The position numbers and the translations under genes are program-made. A DNA stretch of 64,000 bases from an uncultured bacterium. Lineage in GTDB: Bacteria > Krumholzibacteriota > Krumholzibacteriia > Krumholzibacteriales > Krumholzibacteriaceae. The notes under the pieces are model-generated. The model searched no databases, was not told where the DNA came from, and saw only the letters and a list, made by a program, of their open reading frames with translations. The stretch spans positions 256,001 to 320,000 of the forward strand of contig CAWBAN010000004.1 in NCBI GenBank assembly GCA_963786935.1. Reading direction: 5' to 3'. Of the stretch, positions 44,945 to 53,982 are shown piece after piece; positions within the stretch are counted from its first letter, which is position 1, and each line of letters opens with the position of its first letter.

Positions 44945-46915
44945 TCAGTCCTCAACGGGATTCGGGCGGACGTCTCGGGTCGAGGCGATCTGCCATTCAT
45001 TGAAGATGACGTAAATGATCTGGTTCACCTGCGGCCGGTCGAAGAACCACAGCTCGAATCCGAAATGCGCGCTCGGCGCCGCGACGGCGACTCCGGCCGT
45101 CACGTTCGGAACGACGTCCGCGTACTTCGTCACCCAGAGCGCCGCGGCCTGAAAATTGAGCGGCGAAGCCATGTTCTTCGATCTCATGCGGTACATCGGG
45201 TGGAAGCACGACTGGCTTCTTACGGCGTTCCGGTTCATCCAGTACGCGGGATCGTAAACCTCGACGGGGGTGAATCCGCCGGGATACGGCGAGGGCATGT
45301 TGGGAGAGTAGTACCGAGGCGACACCAGAATCTCCGACCAGAGGTTGAGCTCGCTCGGCATGCCGGGAACCCTGTTATGCCACGCGTCGGTCGACTTTAC
45401 CGCCCCGGGATACATGCAATCGTAGTTACGAACTCTCCGCATCGGCATATCCGAATCGGTACGGAACGTCCCGACGATCTTGTCGAGCATGGTGACGCAG
45501 TAATCCTTGTATGCGTATGAATTCACGCTGCTCGTATCCCCCTCGCAGACGTCGGAGTTGCCGAGAAACTCGCACTTGATATTGAGCGGGAAGCCCCTCG
45601 AACCCAACGCGGGGGGAAAGATCGCGGCGAGCCCATTCATTCTATCCGACATGCCTTCCGTCAGCAGGTGCCCGCCCTTCGCGAGGAAGAACGACAAGTA
45701 ATTCATTTGGAGTACGCCTCCCGAGCTGATCATGCTCTCGGGGGTGAACCGGATGACGTCGTCCCAGGCGCCATGAGACGCATCCGTTGAGAAGGTCCAG
45801 ATAATGTTCTTGTACCGCGTGATGAGCGAGAGCTCGGGCGGCTTCCCGTTGTACGAGTAATAGGCGTCGTACACGTCCCGCGATGCGTCAAAATCCGCCG
45901 CCTGAGCGCAGTGACCGAGCCAGAAGGCGTCATGCTCGTCCTCCCGCGGCATCACGTAGTCATACTGGGGAAAATTGTACGACGGAAAATCGTCCACCCA
46001 GAGGAGATTCCGCTCCATGGTGAACGGTATGACCGATACCTCGATCCTGCCGAGGGTAATGGCGCCCGAGTTGTCGATCGCCTCGATGTAGAGCGTATGC
46101 ACTCCCGATTGGAACGCGATGGGCGCTGCGGAAGTGTTCTCGGGCGAGAATTCCTTGGTCTCCCAATCGTGCTTATCGTTGATATCGGATACGTCCCAGC
46201 CGTATCGATAACCGACGATCGTGCCTCCATAGGAGCTCGCGTCGGCATGCCACGAGAAGTTCATCTCGAGCCCCGCGGGAAAAGCGACGGCCTCCGGTCG
46301 AAGATTCGTGCCGATAAAGGCGCTGCCTCCGAGGAACGGTTCCCAGGTGCTCAGGAGAGGCGCCGCGGTGTTCGATACGATGAACTGCCGAATGTTCACC
46401 CCCCGAGTGAATACCGTCGTGACTTTGTCCGAGCGGTCCTGCGCCTGCACGGCGAAGATGTGGGCTCTTCTCAATGCGAGGGGCTCGTCCTCCCCGAGCG
46501 TCGTGGTCCGGCCGTGCGGATTATCGTACGGAATCCAATGCGACCATCTGCTCTCGTATCGCGCGGGGTGCAGGTTCAAATCCCGGACGATGTCGAATTG
46601 AGGGTTGTAATTGCCATTCGTATCGACGACCTGCATGCAGAGCCACCGGACGAAGAGCGGCTCGATCTCGAGCCCGCTGTGCCATCCGAATTGGATCACC
46701 GGCCCGAGCATGACGACGGCCGAAAGATCCGGGGGCGGAGTCGGGGTGTCGATGATGACGAACGGTTCCCCGCCGCTCGGAGGTCGAATCGGCAGCTCGC
46801 TGAGGTTGGCGTCCATATTTGGAACGGGCTCCGGCGGGAGCGTTTCCCGGCAGCCGAAGAACGCCGGGACGAGGAGAACGGCAAAGGCAGCGACGAGAAG
46901 CACCATCCTTCGCAT
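44945..46915 (-). CDS. Lipoprotein of unknown function, paralog A (Ig/Fn3-like domains plus Rossmann/GATase-like C-terminus)
   Basis: Lipobox FFGC; GYRYGWD...HTLYIEAIDNSG; LLWVDDF...YKNIIW...FLAKGGHLL. Confidence 0.72.
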   Translation of the reverse strand: MRRMVLLVAAFAVLLVPAFFGCRETLPPEPVPNMDANLSELPIRPPSGGEPFVIIDTPTPPPDLSAVVMLGPVIQFGWHSGLEIEPLFVRWLCMQVVDTNGNYNPQFDIVRDLNLHPARYESRWSHWIPYDNPHGRTTTLGEDEPLALRRAHIFAVQAQDRSDKVTTVFTRGVNIRQFIVSNTAAPLLSTWEPFLGGSAFIGTNLRPEAVAFPAGLEMNFSWHADASSYGGTIVGYRYGWDVSDINDKHDWETKEFSPENTSAAPIAFQSGVHTLYIEAIDNSGAITLGRIEVSVIPFTMERNLLWVDDFPSYNFPQYDYVMPREDEHDAFWLGHCAQAADFDASRDVYDAYYSYNGKPPELSLITRYKNIIWTFSTDASHGAWDDVIRFTPESMISSGGVLQMNYLSFFLAKGGHLLTEGMSDRMNGLAAIFPPALGSRGFPLNIKCEFLGNSDVCEGDTSSVNSYAYKDYCVTMLDKIVGTFRTDSDMPMRRVRNYDCMYPGAVKSTDAWHNRVPGMPSELNLWSEILVSPRYYSPNMPSPYPGGFTPVEVYDPAYWMNRNAVRSQSCFHPMYRMRSKNMASPLNFQAAALWVTKYADVVPNVTAGVAVAAPSAHFGFELWFFDRPQVNQIIYVIFNEWQIASTRDVRPNPVED

Positions 46916-47001
46916 GGCTTTCCCCCTTCTTGCTATCGTGAACGTTCGGCGAAGAACGATTCGGTCGGTTGGCTCGGGACGGTACTCGCTTATCTACTCT
47001 A

Positions 47002-47030
47002 ATAATACAATGCGCGCGCGGTCGCGTCAA
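47002..47030 (-). promoter_or_regulatory. Sigma70 promoter of lipoprotein paralog A
   Basis: TTGACG-N17-TATTAT on the minus strand. Confidence 0.6.
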
Positions 47031-47075
47031 GGCGGGACGAAGGCGGGCGGAATATCCACGAGATACGAGCCCGTT

Positions 47076-49034
47076 TCAATCTTCCGCAGGCTCCGGACTG
47101 ACCTGTCGGGTCGCGGCGATTCCCCACTCGCCGAAGATGACGTCAATGATCTGGCTCACCTGCGTCCGGTCGAAGAACCAGAGCTCGAATCCGAAGTGCG
47201 CGCTCGGCGCGGCGACGGCGACGCCGGAGGCCACATCCGGGATGACATCCGCGTACTTGGTCACCCAGAGCGCCACGGCTTGATTGTTGAGAACCGAAAC
47301 CATGTTCTTCGATTTCATCCGGTACATCGGATGGAAGCACTCCTGGCTCCTCACGAGATTCCGGCTCATCCAGTACGCGGGATCATAAACCTCGACGGGG
47401 GTGAATCCGCCGGGACGGGGCGAGGGCTCGTTGGGGGCATAGTAGCGCCCCGCTTCGATGATCTTGGACCAGAGATTTAGATTGTCCGGCATGCCGGGAA
47501 TCCATGTATGCCACTCGTCGGTCGATTTGACCGCGCCGGGATACATGCAATCAAAATTGCGGATTCTCCGAAACGGCATATCCGGATCGGTGCGGAACGC
47601 CCCGTCGATCTTGTCGAGCAGGGTGATGCAGTAATCCTTGTACGGATACGAATTGACGCTGCTCGTGTCTCCGTCGCACGTATTGGAGTTGCCGAGAAAC
47701 TCGCACTTGAGATTGAGTGGGAAGCCTCTGTCCGCCTGCACCACGGGAAGGACCGCGGCGAGCCCCGCCGCCTTTTCTGACATCCCCTCGGTGATCAGGT
47801 GTCCCCCCTTCGCCAGGAAGACCAACAGAGAGTTTCTCATGAGCGTGCTTCCACAGCAGGGGATCATGCACTCGGGGGTGAAGGCGATGATGTTGTCATA
47901 GCAGCTCGTCGTGAGGTCCGAGTTGAACGTCCAGACGATATTCTTGTATTTCAAAATGATCGGAAGCCCGGGCGGCTTTCCGCCATACGAGTAATAGACA
48001 TCGTACACGTCCCGCGACGGGTCGAAACCCGTCGCCCTGGCGCAGTGACCGAGCCAGAAGGCGTCGTGTTCGTCCTCCCGCGGGAAGTTGTAGTCGATCT
48101 GCGTGAAATCGTTCGTCGAACGGAAATCGTCCACCCAGAGGAGATTTCTCTCCATGGTGAACGGGACGAGCGAAAGCTCGATCATGCCGAGGGTTATCGC
48201 GCCCGAGTTGTCGATCGCCTCGACGAAAAGAGTGTGAACGCCCGTCTGAAACGCGACCGGAATCGCGCGGGTGCAACGGAGGGAGAATTCAGTCGCCCAT
48301 TCTTGATCGTCGTTGATGTCGGACACATCCCAGCCGTACCGATAACCGGTGATGCGCCCCCCATAGGAGCCCGCATCGGCCTTCCACGAGAAGTTCATCT
48401 CGAGCCCCGCGGGAAATGAGGTGGTCGCCGGCCGGGGATTCATCCCGAGGAACATCTGGCTTCCGATGAACGGCTCCGTGATCATCAGGCGGGGCACGGC
48501 GTTGGCCGATGCGATGAACTGCCGGATGTTCATCCCCCGACGGAAGACCGTCGTGACCTTGCCGGCGCGGCTCTTCGCCTGCACGGCGAAGACATGGGAT
48601 CTGCCGAATGCGAGGGGCTCGTTCTTCCCGACCGTCGTCGTCCGGGCGTCGGGATCCTCATACGAGATCCAGGCTGACCATTTGCTTTCATATCGTTCGG
48701 GGTGCAGGTTCAAATCCCCGACGATGTCGAATCCCGGCTCGTAGGTGCCCAAGGGATCGACGACCTGCATGCAGAGCCACCGCACGAACTGCGTTTCGAC
48801 TTGCGGCTCGGTGTGCCATCCGAATTCGATCACCGTGCCGAGCATGACCGTGGCCGAGAGATTCGCGGGGGGAGCCGGAGTATCGATGATGACGAACGGT
48901 TCGCCTCTCCAGGGGAGAAGCGTTCCGCCGCCGCTGTCGGGCGGCGGCGCCGTCGGGACCGTATCGTTGCAGCCGAGGATGGCGAGAGCGAGGAGAACGG
49001 CCGGAACGGCGATGAGAAGCGCCTTCCTTCGCAT
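47076..49034 (-). CDS. Lipoprotein of unknown function, paralog B
   Basis: Lipobox ILGC; colinear with paralog A with long identical blocks (PREDEHDAFWLGHCA, PGGFTPVEVYDPAYWM, GVAVAAPSAHFGFELWFFDR). Confidence 0.75.
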   Translation of the reverse strand: MRRKALLIAVPAVLLALAILGCNDTVPTAPPPDSGGGTLLPWRGEPFVIIDTPAPPANLSATVMLGTVIEFGWHTEPQVETQFVRWLCMQVVDPLGTYEPGFDIVGDLNLHPERYESKWSAWISYEDPDARTTTVGKNEPLAFGRSHVFAVQAKSRAGKVTTVFRRGMNIRQFIASANAVPRLMITEPFIGSQMFLGMNPRPATTSFPAGLEMNFSWKADAGSYGGRITGYRYGWDVSDINDDQEWATEFSLRCTRAIPVAFQTGVHTLFVEAIDNSGAITLGMIELSLVPFTMERNLLWVDDFRSTNDFTQIDYNFPREDEHDAFWLGHCARATGFDPSRDVYDVYYSYGGKPPGLPIILKYKNIVWTFNSDLTTSCYDNIIAFTPECMIPCCGSTLMRNSLLVFLAKGGHLITEGMSEKAAGLAAVLPVVQADRGFPLNLKCEFLGNSNTCDGDTSSVNSYPYKDYCITLLDKIDGAFRTDPDMPFRRIRNFDCMYPGAVKSTDEWHTWIPGMPDNLNLWSKIIEAGRYYAPNEPSPRPGGFTPVEVYDPAYWMSRNLVRSQECFHPMYRMKSKNMVSVLNNQAVALWVTKYADVIPDVASGVAVAAPSAHFGFELWFFDRTQVSQIIDVIFGEWGIAATRQVSPEPAED

Positions 49035-49291
49035 AGCCCACTCCCTTCGTGCGCGCAACACGCGTCGCCCGATCGGCGAGAGTCGTCTTTTCGGTCGGTT
49101 GGGGGCGACAACGCTTATCTATAGTAATCATAGCTTGCCGGGGAGGGAGCCGCAAATGAAAAGGGGAACGATCCCTGCGGTGCCAAAGGGGCGCTCGAGG
49201 CGCTCGCGTAAATACGGCACGGAGTTTGCTAAATTTAGCGTCTGATAGCGGTTCTTAGGGGGATTCTTGGGCTCGGAAAAGGTGCCAGCTA

Positions 49292-49849
49292 ATGGAAATT
49301 AAAGGACTTGTGATTCAGAATCGCAAGGAGTTCGCGGAAGAGTGCTTCGGCAAGGATGCCTGGCAGAAGGTGCTCGATTCCTTGCCGCAGGCCGATCGGG
49401 AGGTCATCGGCGAGCTGATTCTCGCGGCCAAATGGTATCCCTTCGACCTCGGCGAGCGCGTCGACAGAGCCATCGTCAACGTGCTCGGGGGAGGCAAGGA
49501 CAGGGTCTTCGAGGACATCGGCGCGAAGTCGGCCCAGCGGAGCCTGATGAAAGTGCACCGGTCGTTTCTCACGCGCGGCGATCCGCAGGCGTTCATGAAG
49601 AAAACCGAGATCATGTACAAGTTCTACTACGATAAAGGGCGCCGCGAATACCAGGCGACGGGTCCGAACTCGGGCGTCATGACGACGTACGACGCCGAGA
49701 CCACCTCCGTCGCCGATTGTCTCACCGTCATCGGATTCCACAAGGAAGCGCTCCGGCTGTGCGGCGCGAAGAACGTCGAGGCGGTCGAGGAGGAATGCCG
49801 TGCCAAGGGCGGCTCCTGCTGCCGCTACCGCTTCTCGTGGAGCATATGA
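49292..49849 (+). CDS. TIGR02265/DUF2378-like protein (H-NOX/V4R-like ligand-binding fold)
   Basis: IKG.......F....FG..AWQKVL.SL...WYP...IG..SA; C-terminal ECRAKGGSCCRYRFSW (V4R-like). Confidence 0.6.
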   Translation: MEIKGLVIQNRKEFAEECFGKDAWQKVLDSLPQADREVIGELILAAKWYPFDLGERVDRAIVNVLGGGKDRVFEDIGAKSAQRSLMKVHRSFLTRGDPQAFMKKTEIMYKFYYDKGRREYQATGPNSGVMTTYDAETTSVADCLTVIGFHKEALRLCGAKNVEAVEEECRAKGGSCCRYRFSWSI

Positions 49850-49905
49850 TCCGGCGCTCCGGGCGATAGCGCTCATGCGCCCCTCCGCAAAACATCCATT
49901 ATATC

Positions 49906-49936
49906 TTGACCCGCAATCGATCTTCCTGTATATAAT
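49906..49936 (+). promoter_or_regulatory. Sigma70 promoter of the TonB receptor, probably leaderless
   Basis: TTGACC at 49906 and TATAAT at 49931-49936, 7 nt before ATG 49944; no SD sequence. Confidence 0.5.
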
Positions 49937-49943
49937 CCGGGCT

Positions 49944-52016
49944 ATGAAAAAACCGGCAAGGGCTCTATTCGTAATGATGGTCCTCGGATTGTCCGTTCAT
50001 CCTGGCGCGCTGCGGGCCGAAGAAGACTACAAGACATACACCCTGGGCGAGATTCTGGTGCTGGCCGAGAGGGCCGGCGTCAAGAATATCGCGATCAACA
50101 CGGAGATAACGCCGGAGGATCTTTCCGCGACGAACAGCCGCACCGTCGCGGAGGCCCTCCAGTATATTCCCGGCGTCCAGGTGACGATGGGAAGAAAGAT
50201 GGAAGCCAGCATTTCGATACACGGCTTCTCTCAGGATAAGGCGCTCATCCTCATCGACGGCGTGCCCTACTACGAGACGAAGTACGGCAAGTTCGACATG
50301 AATCAGCTCTCGATAGAGAACGTGGCGCGGATCGACGTGATCAAGGGCGCGGCGTCGGTGCTGTACGGCGCGAACGCCGAAGCCGGCGTCATCAACATCA
50401 TCACGAAGAAGGCCGCCGATCGGGCGTCATTTTCCGGAAAGGTCGAGGCCGGGGAGGACGGCGCCGCATCGGCGTACCTGTCGCATGGGATGAAGCGGGG
50501 GAGTCTGAGCTACTGGATTTCCTACATGCACCGGGAATGGGACGGATGGAAGGTCTCGGATGATTTCACGCCGAGGGACGGCATCGTGCAAACGGGCTCC
50601 GGCAGAAGGGCGAAGAGGGACACCACGGACATCGAGGACGGCGGCGTGCGCAACAACTCCGATTTCAGGGCCGACAATTTCTATGTGAAGCTCGGTCTCG
50701 AGCCCTCGGAAGACGCCGAGTATTTCTTGAACCTGCACTATTCCGCCACGGAAAAGGGGGACCCGCCCAACATCGATCTGGTGAAGATCTTTCCCGACCC
50801 GCCCGCTTTTTCGCAGTTCGACCGGATAACGACGTACGACAACTGGGGCGCCGATCTCAGCGGACGGAAGAAGCTGACCCCGGCATTCGGCTTGATGGGC
50901 AAGCTTTTCTATCACAACCATACGGACGACTATGTTTCCTACTCAGATGCTACCTACGATACCGCGATAGCCACGAGCCGGTATCAAGATTTCATCGCGG
51001 GCGGCATGGCGGTCGGCGATTACACGCTCGCCGGCTGGAACGTGCTGCGGGGAGCCGTCAACTACCGGCTGGACAACCATGAGCAGCGCGACGACGAATA
51101 CCTGCCATTCGAACGGAGCGCGTCCTATACGGGTTCGCTCGGCCTCGAGGATGAGTTGATACTTCTCGATTCGAAGCTCTCCGTCGTGGCGGGCATCGGG
51201 TACGACTGGTTCGACGTCAAGGAGGCGGAGGCCAACGAGATCGACGACGACGGAAATTTCGTGCGGCAGGTAGCTGCCGAGACCCCTGAGACTATGGCCG
51301 AGATCAATCCGATGATAGGGGCGAGCTTCCTCCTGAGCGACAAGACGAGGCTTTTCGCGTCCGCGGCCAGAAAGACCCGTTTCCCCACGCTCAGCGAATT
51401 ATACGGGTCGTCGGGCAATATAGATCTCGGGTCGGAAGTAAGCATGAACTACACGGCCGGCATATCGATGGCCGTGAGTAGAATGCTGAGCTTCGAAGTG
51501 GCCCCCTTCTATCATGACATATCCGATCGCATCAGCCGCGATTTCCCGTCCCCCGACGAGCTCTACTACAACGTCGCCGCGATCGAGATGCTCGGGATCG
51601 AAATCAACGCCGACATAGATCCCGTGAAGAGCCTGTCCTTCAACGTCGGTTACACCTACATCGACGCCGAGGACGTCAGCCCCGGCCGGGCGACGGAGAA
51701 TGTCACCGACGTGCCGGAATACAAGCTGGACGCGAGGCTCGAATACACGGCGCCGACGCTCGGCTCGCGCATCGCCCTGACCATGGCGATGTACGGAGAC
51801 TCCTACAGCCAGCTGCCGACCGCGACCGATCCGGAGACGGAAGTCGTGGAGAACGAGGGATTCACCGTTTTCGGCGCCACGTTCTTCCAGCCCTTCATGA
51901 CGCGATGGGAAGCGTATCTCACCGTGAGCAATCTGTCCGACGAAGACTACGAACCCGAAAGCGGATATCCGGCGCAGGGAAGAATCTTCTGGCTGGGCGT
52001 CTCCTACAAATACTAG
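49944..52016 (+). CDS. TonB-dependent receptor (BtuB/CirA-like)
   Basis: Plug TVAEALQYIPGV...LILIDGVP...RIDVIKGAASVLYGANAEAGVINIITK; RFPTLSELY; C-terminal NLSDEDY...GRIFWLGVSYKY. Confidence 0.93.
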   Translation: MKKPARALFVMMVLGLSVHPGALRAEEDYKTYTLGEILVLAERAGVKNIAINTEITPEDLSATNSRTVAEALQYIPGVQVTMGRKMEASISIHGFSQDKALILIDGVPYYETKYGKFDMNQLSIENVARIDVIKGAASVLYGANAEAGVINIITKKAADRASFSGKVEAGEDGAASAYLSHGMKRGSLSYWISYMHREWDGWKVSDDFTPRDGIVQTGSGRRAKRDTTDIEDGGVRNNSDFRADNFYVKLGLEPSEDAEYFLNLHYSATEKGDPPNIDLVKIFPDPPAFSQFDRITTYDNWGADLSGRKKLTPAFGLMGKLFYHNHTDDYVSYSDATYDTAIATSRYQDFIAGGMAVGDYTLAGWNVLRGAVNYRLDNHEQRDDEYLPFERSASYTGSLGLEDELILLDSKLSVVAGIGYDWFDVKEAEANEIDDDGNFVRQVAAETPETMAEINPMIGASFLLSDKTRLFASAARKTRFPTLSELYGSSGNIDLGSEVSMNYTAGISMAVSRMLSFEVAPFYHDISDRISRDFPSPDELYYNVAAIEMLGIEINADIDPVKSLSFNVGYTYIDAEDVSPGRATENVTDVPEYKLDARLEYTAPTLGSRIALTMAMYGDSYSQLPTATDPETEVVENEGFTVFGATFFQPFMTRWEAYLTVSNLSDEDYEPESGYPAQGRIFWLGVSYKY

Positions 52017-52161
52017 AAAAGCCTCGAGCGGAAAAGTGTCGGAAAGAGCGGAATCGCCCATTTCGGAATATGGGCGAACGTGCTATAATTATGACCTCTT
52101 ATAACAATGTTGGGACCCCGGCGCAGAGCCGGCAAGGCTCCAACGGAGGGGGAATTCCGCC

Positions 52162-53862
52162 ATGAATAAATCACTATTCGTTCTTCTGCTTGCCGCGGTG
52201 GCTCTCGCCCTGGTCGGATGCTCCGACGATCACGGCGTCAATCCGCAGCCCAAAACCGATGGGACGTACGGAAAGCTGGGCGTGTCCTCCGCGACAATCG
52301 GTCCCAGCGAAATCGTTCTCTGCATGGATGTGTCGGACAGCATATCCGCCGGCGAGCTGGAAGCCATGGTCAACGGCCTCGGCGGGTGCCTGTCGGATCA
52401 GTCGCTGATCCCGACGGACGGCACGGTTTCGTTCGCCCTCGTTGTATACGGGGACACGATCGCCACGGTGTTGGACCGGACGACGGTCACGCCCGACAAT
52501 CTCACGAACGTCATTCTGCCTGCGCTGCAGGGGCTCCTCGCCGATCGCGTGGTCGCCGGAGGGGGATTCGATCTCTCGGGAGCTCTCGACGAGGCTCTCG
52601 CGATCCTCGGCGCGGCGTCGGTTCTCGACAAGCACGTCCTCATCGTGGGGAGTGGCGCCGCCGACGATCCCGCCGCGGTCGAGACCTCGTGCGCGGCTCT
52701 CGCGAACGCGGGCGTGATGGTGTCCGCTCTCGCCGTGGGCGCCACCGATGCGGGCGCGGCGCTCCTGAACGGCTGCGCGGTTGCAACGGGCGGCTTCTTC
52801 GGCACGGGAGTGGCCTGCGGAGACGCCCTGGCGTACATGCTTCAGGTGGATATCGATCTCGAGCCGGAGAGCGCGGAGCTCTCCCGCGGTCAAGAGCATA
52901 CCGTTACGGCGACCGTTTTCCGCGGCGCCGTTCCCGGCGTATATCCGGAAGCGGGCCTCGACGTCATCATCGAGATCGTGGCGGGGCCCAACGCGCCGGC
53001 CGCCGACACGATGGCGACCGACACCGCGGGCGTCGCCGCGTTCACGTATACGGGTGACGGCGGTCCGGGTATCGACGTAATCGTGGCCACGGTGCTGCAC
53101 CCGGGCACGGGCCTGGCGCTCGCCGACACCGTCACCGCGACCTGGCTCAACGCGCCGCCCGTGTGCGACGCCGGCGGCCCGTACGAGGCGGTTGTGACCG
53201 GTGACACGGTTCGCGTGACGCTCGATGCGAGCGCCTCCTCCGACGCCGACGGCGATCCGCTCAGCTTCCTCTGGACGGCGCTCTGCGAAGGAGCCTCGTT
53301 CGACGACGTACATGCCGTGTCCCCCGTCCTGACGCTCACGGGGGATTGCCTGTGCGCCGATTCGGTCATCGCGCTGGTGATGGTGAGCGACGGCATCGAT
53401 ACGACGATGTGCGAAGCCGCGGTCCGGATCGACGATCGCCGCCCGCCGATCATCGTGATGCGCGAGGAGCCGCTTGGTCAGTGGCCGCCGAACCACAAGT
53501 ATCACACGGTGACGCCCCAGATGTTGGTCGTGTCGGTCACGGACGCATGCGGTCATCCGATCGACATGGCGTCGGGGCTGGTCGTGGAGGTCCGGAGCGA
53601 CGAACCGGATGACGCCAATGGCGACGGGAAGACGATCAACGATATCCGGGTGACGTGCCCGAACGGCGTCGATCTCCGCTCGGAGCGGATGGGGGGCGGG
53701 AACGGCCGCGTCTACACGATCGTGTACCGGTATTTCACCGAGAACGGCGTGAGCGCCGACGCGGAGGGTTATGTCGTCGTGCCGCACGACGCGTCCGACA
53801 AGACCGCCGTCGACGACGGCGCGCTGTATACGATAACTCCGGCGTGCGGGGGAAGCCGGTGA
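52162..53862 (+). CDS. Lipoprotein with vWA, Big_1/Ig-like and PKD-like domains
   Basis: Lipobox LVGC; MIDAS DVSDS; TDTAGVAAFTYTG; NAPPVCDAGGPY...LDASASSDADGDPLSFLW; WPPNHKY domain. Confidence 0.78.
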   Translation: MNKSLFVLLLAAVALALVGCSDDHGVNPQPKTDGTYGKLGVSSATIGPSEIVLCMDVSDSISAGELEAMVNGLGGCLSDQSLIPTDGTVSFALVVYGDTIATVLDRTTVTPDNLTNVILPALQGLLADRVVAGGGFDLSGALDEALAILGAASVLDKHVLIVGSGAADDPAAVETSCAALANAGVMVSALAVGATDAGAALLNGCAVATGGFFGTGVACGDALAYMLQVDIDLEPESAELSRGQEHTVTATVFRGAVPGVYPEAGLDVIIEIVAGPNAPAADTMATDTAGVAAFTYTGDGGPGIDVIVATVLHPGTGLALADTVTATWLNAPPVCDAGGPYEAVVTGDTVRVTLDASASSDADGDPLSFLWTALCEGASFDDVHAVSPVLTLTGDCLCADSVIALVMVSDGIDTTMCEAAVRIDDRRPPIIVMREEPLGQWPPNHKYHTVTPQMLVVSVTDACGHPIDMASGLVVEVRSDEPDDANGDGKTINDIRVTCPNGVDLRSERMGGGNGRVYTIVYRYFTENGVSADAEGYVVVPHDASDKTAVDDGALYTITPACGGSR

Positions 53863-53936
53863 GCGCGGCGCATCGGTTGGACTGAACCGGAATTCGATTG
53901 AACCGAAGAGTGCCGGATGCCATGTCCGGCGGCGTT

Positions 53937-53971
53937 AAAAGGGGGCGACGGGTGAACCGCCGCCCCCTTTT
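53937..53971. terminator. Bidirectional Rho-independent terminator
   Basis: AAAAGGGGGCG...CGCCCCCTTTT between convergent genes. Confidence 0.8.
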
Positions 53972-53982
53972 CGTATCGCGGG

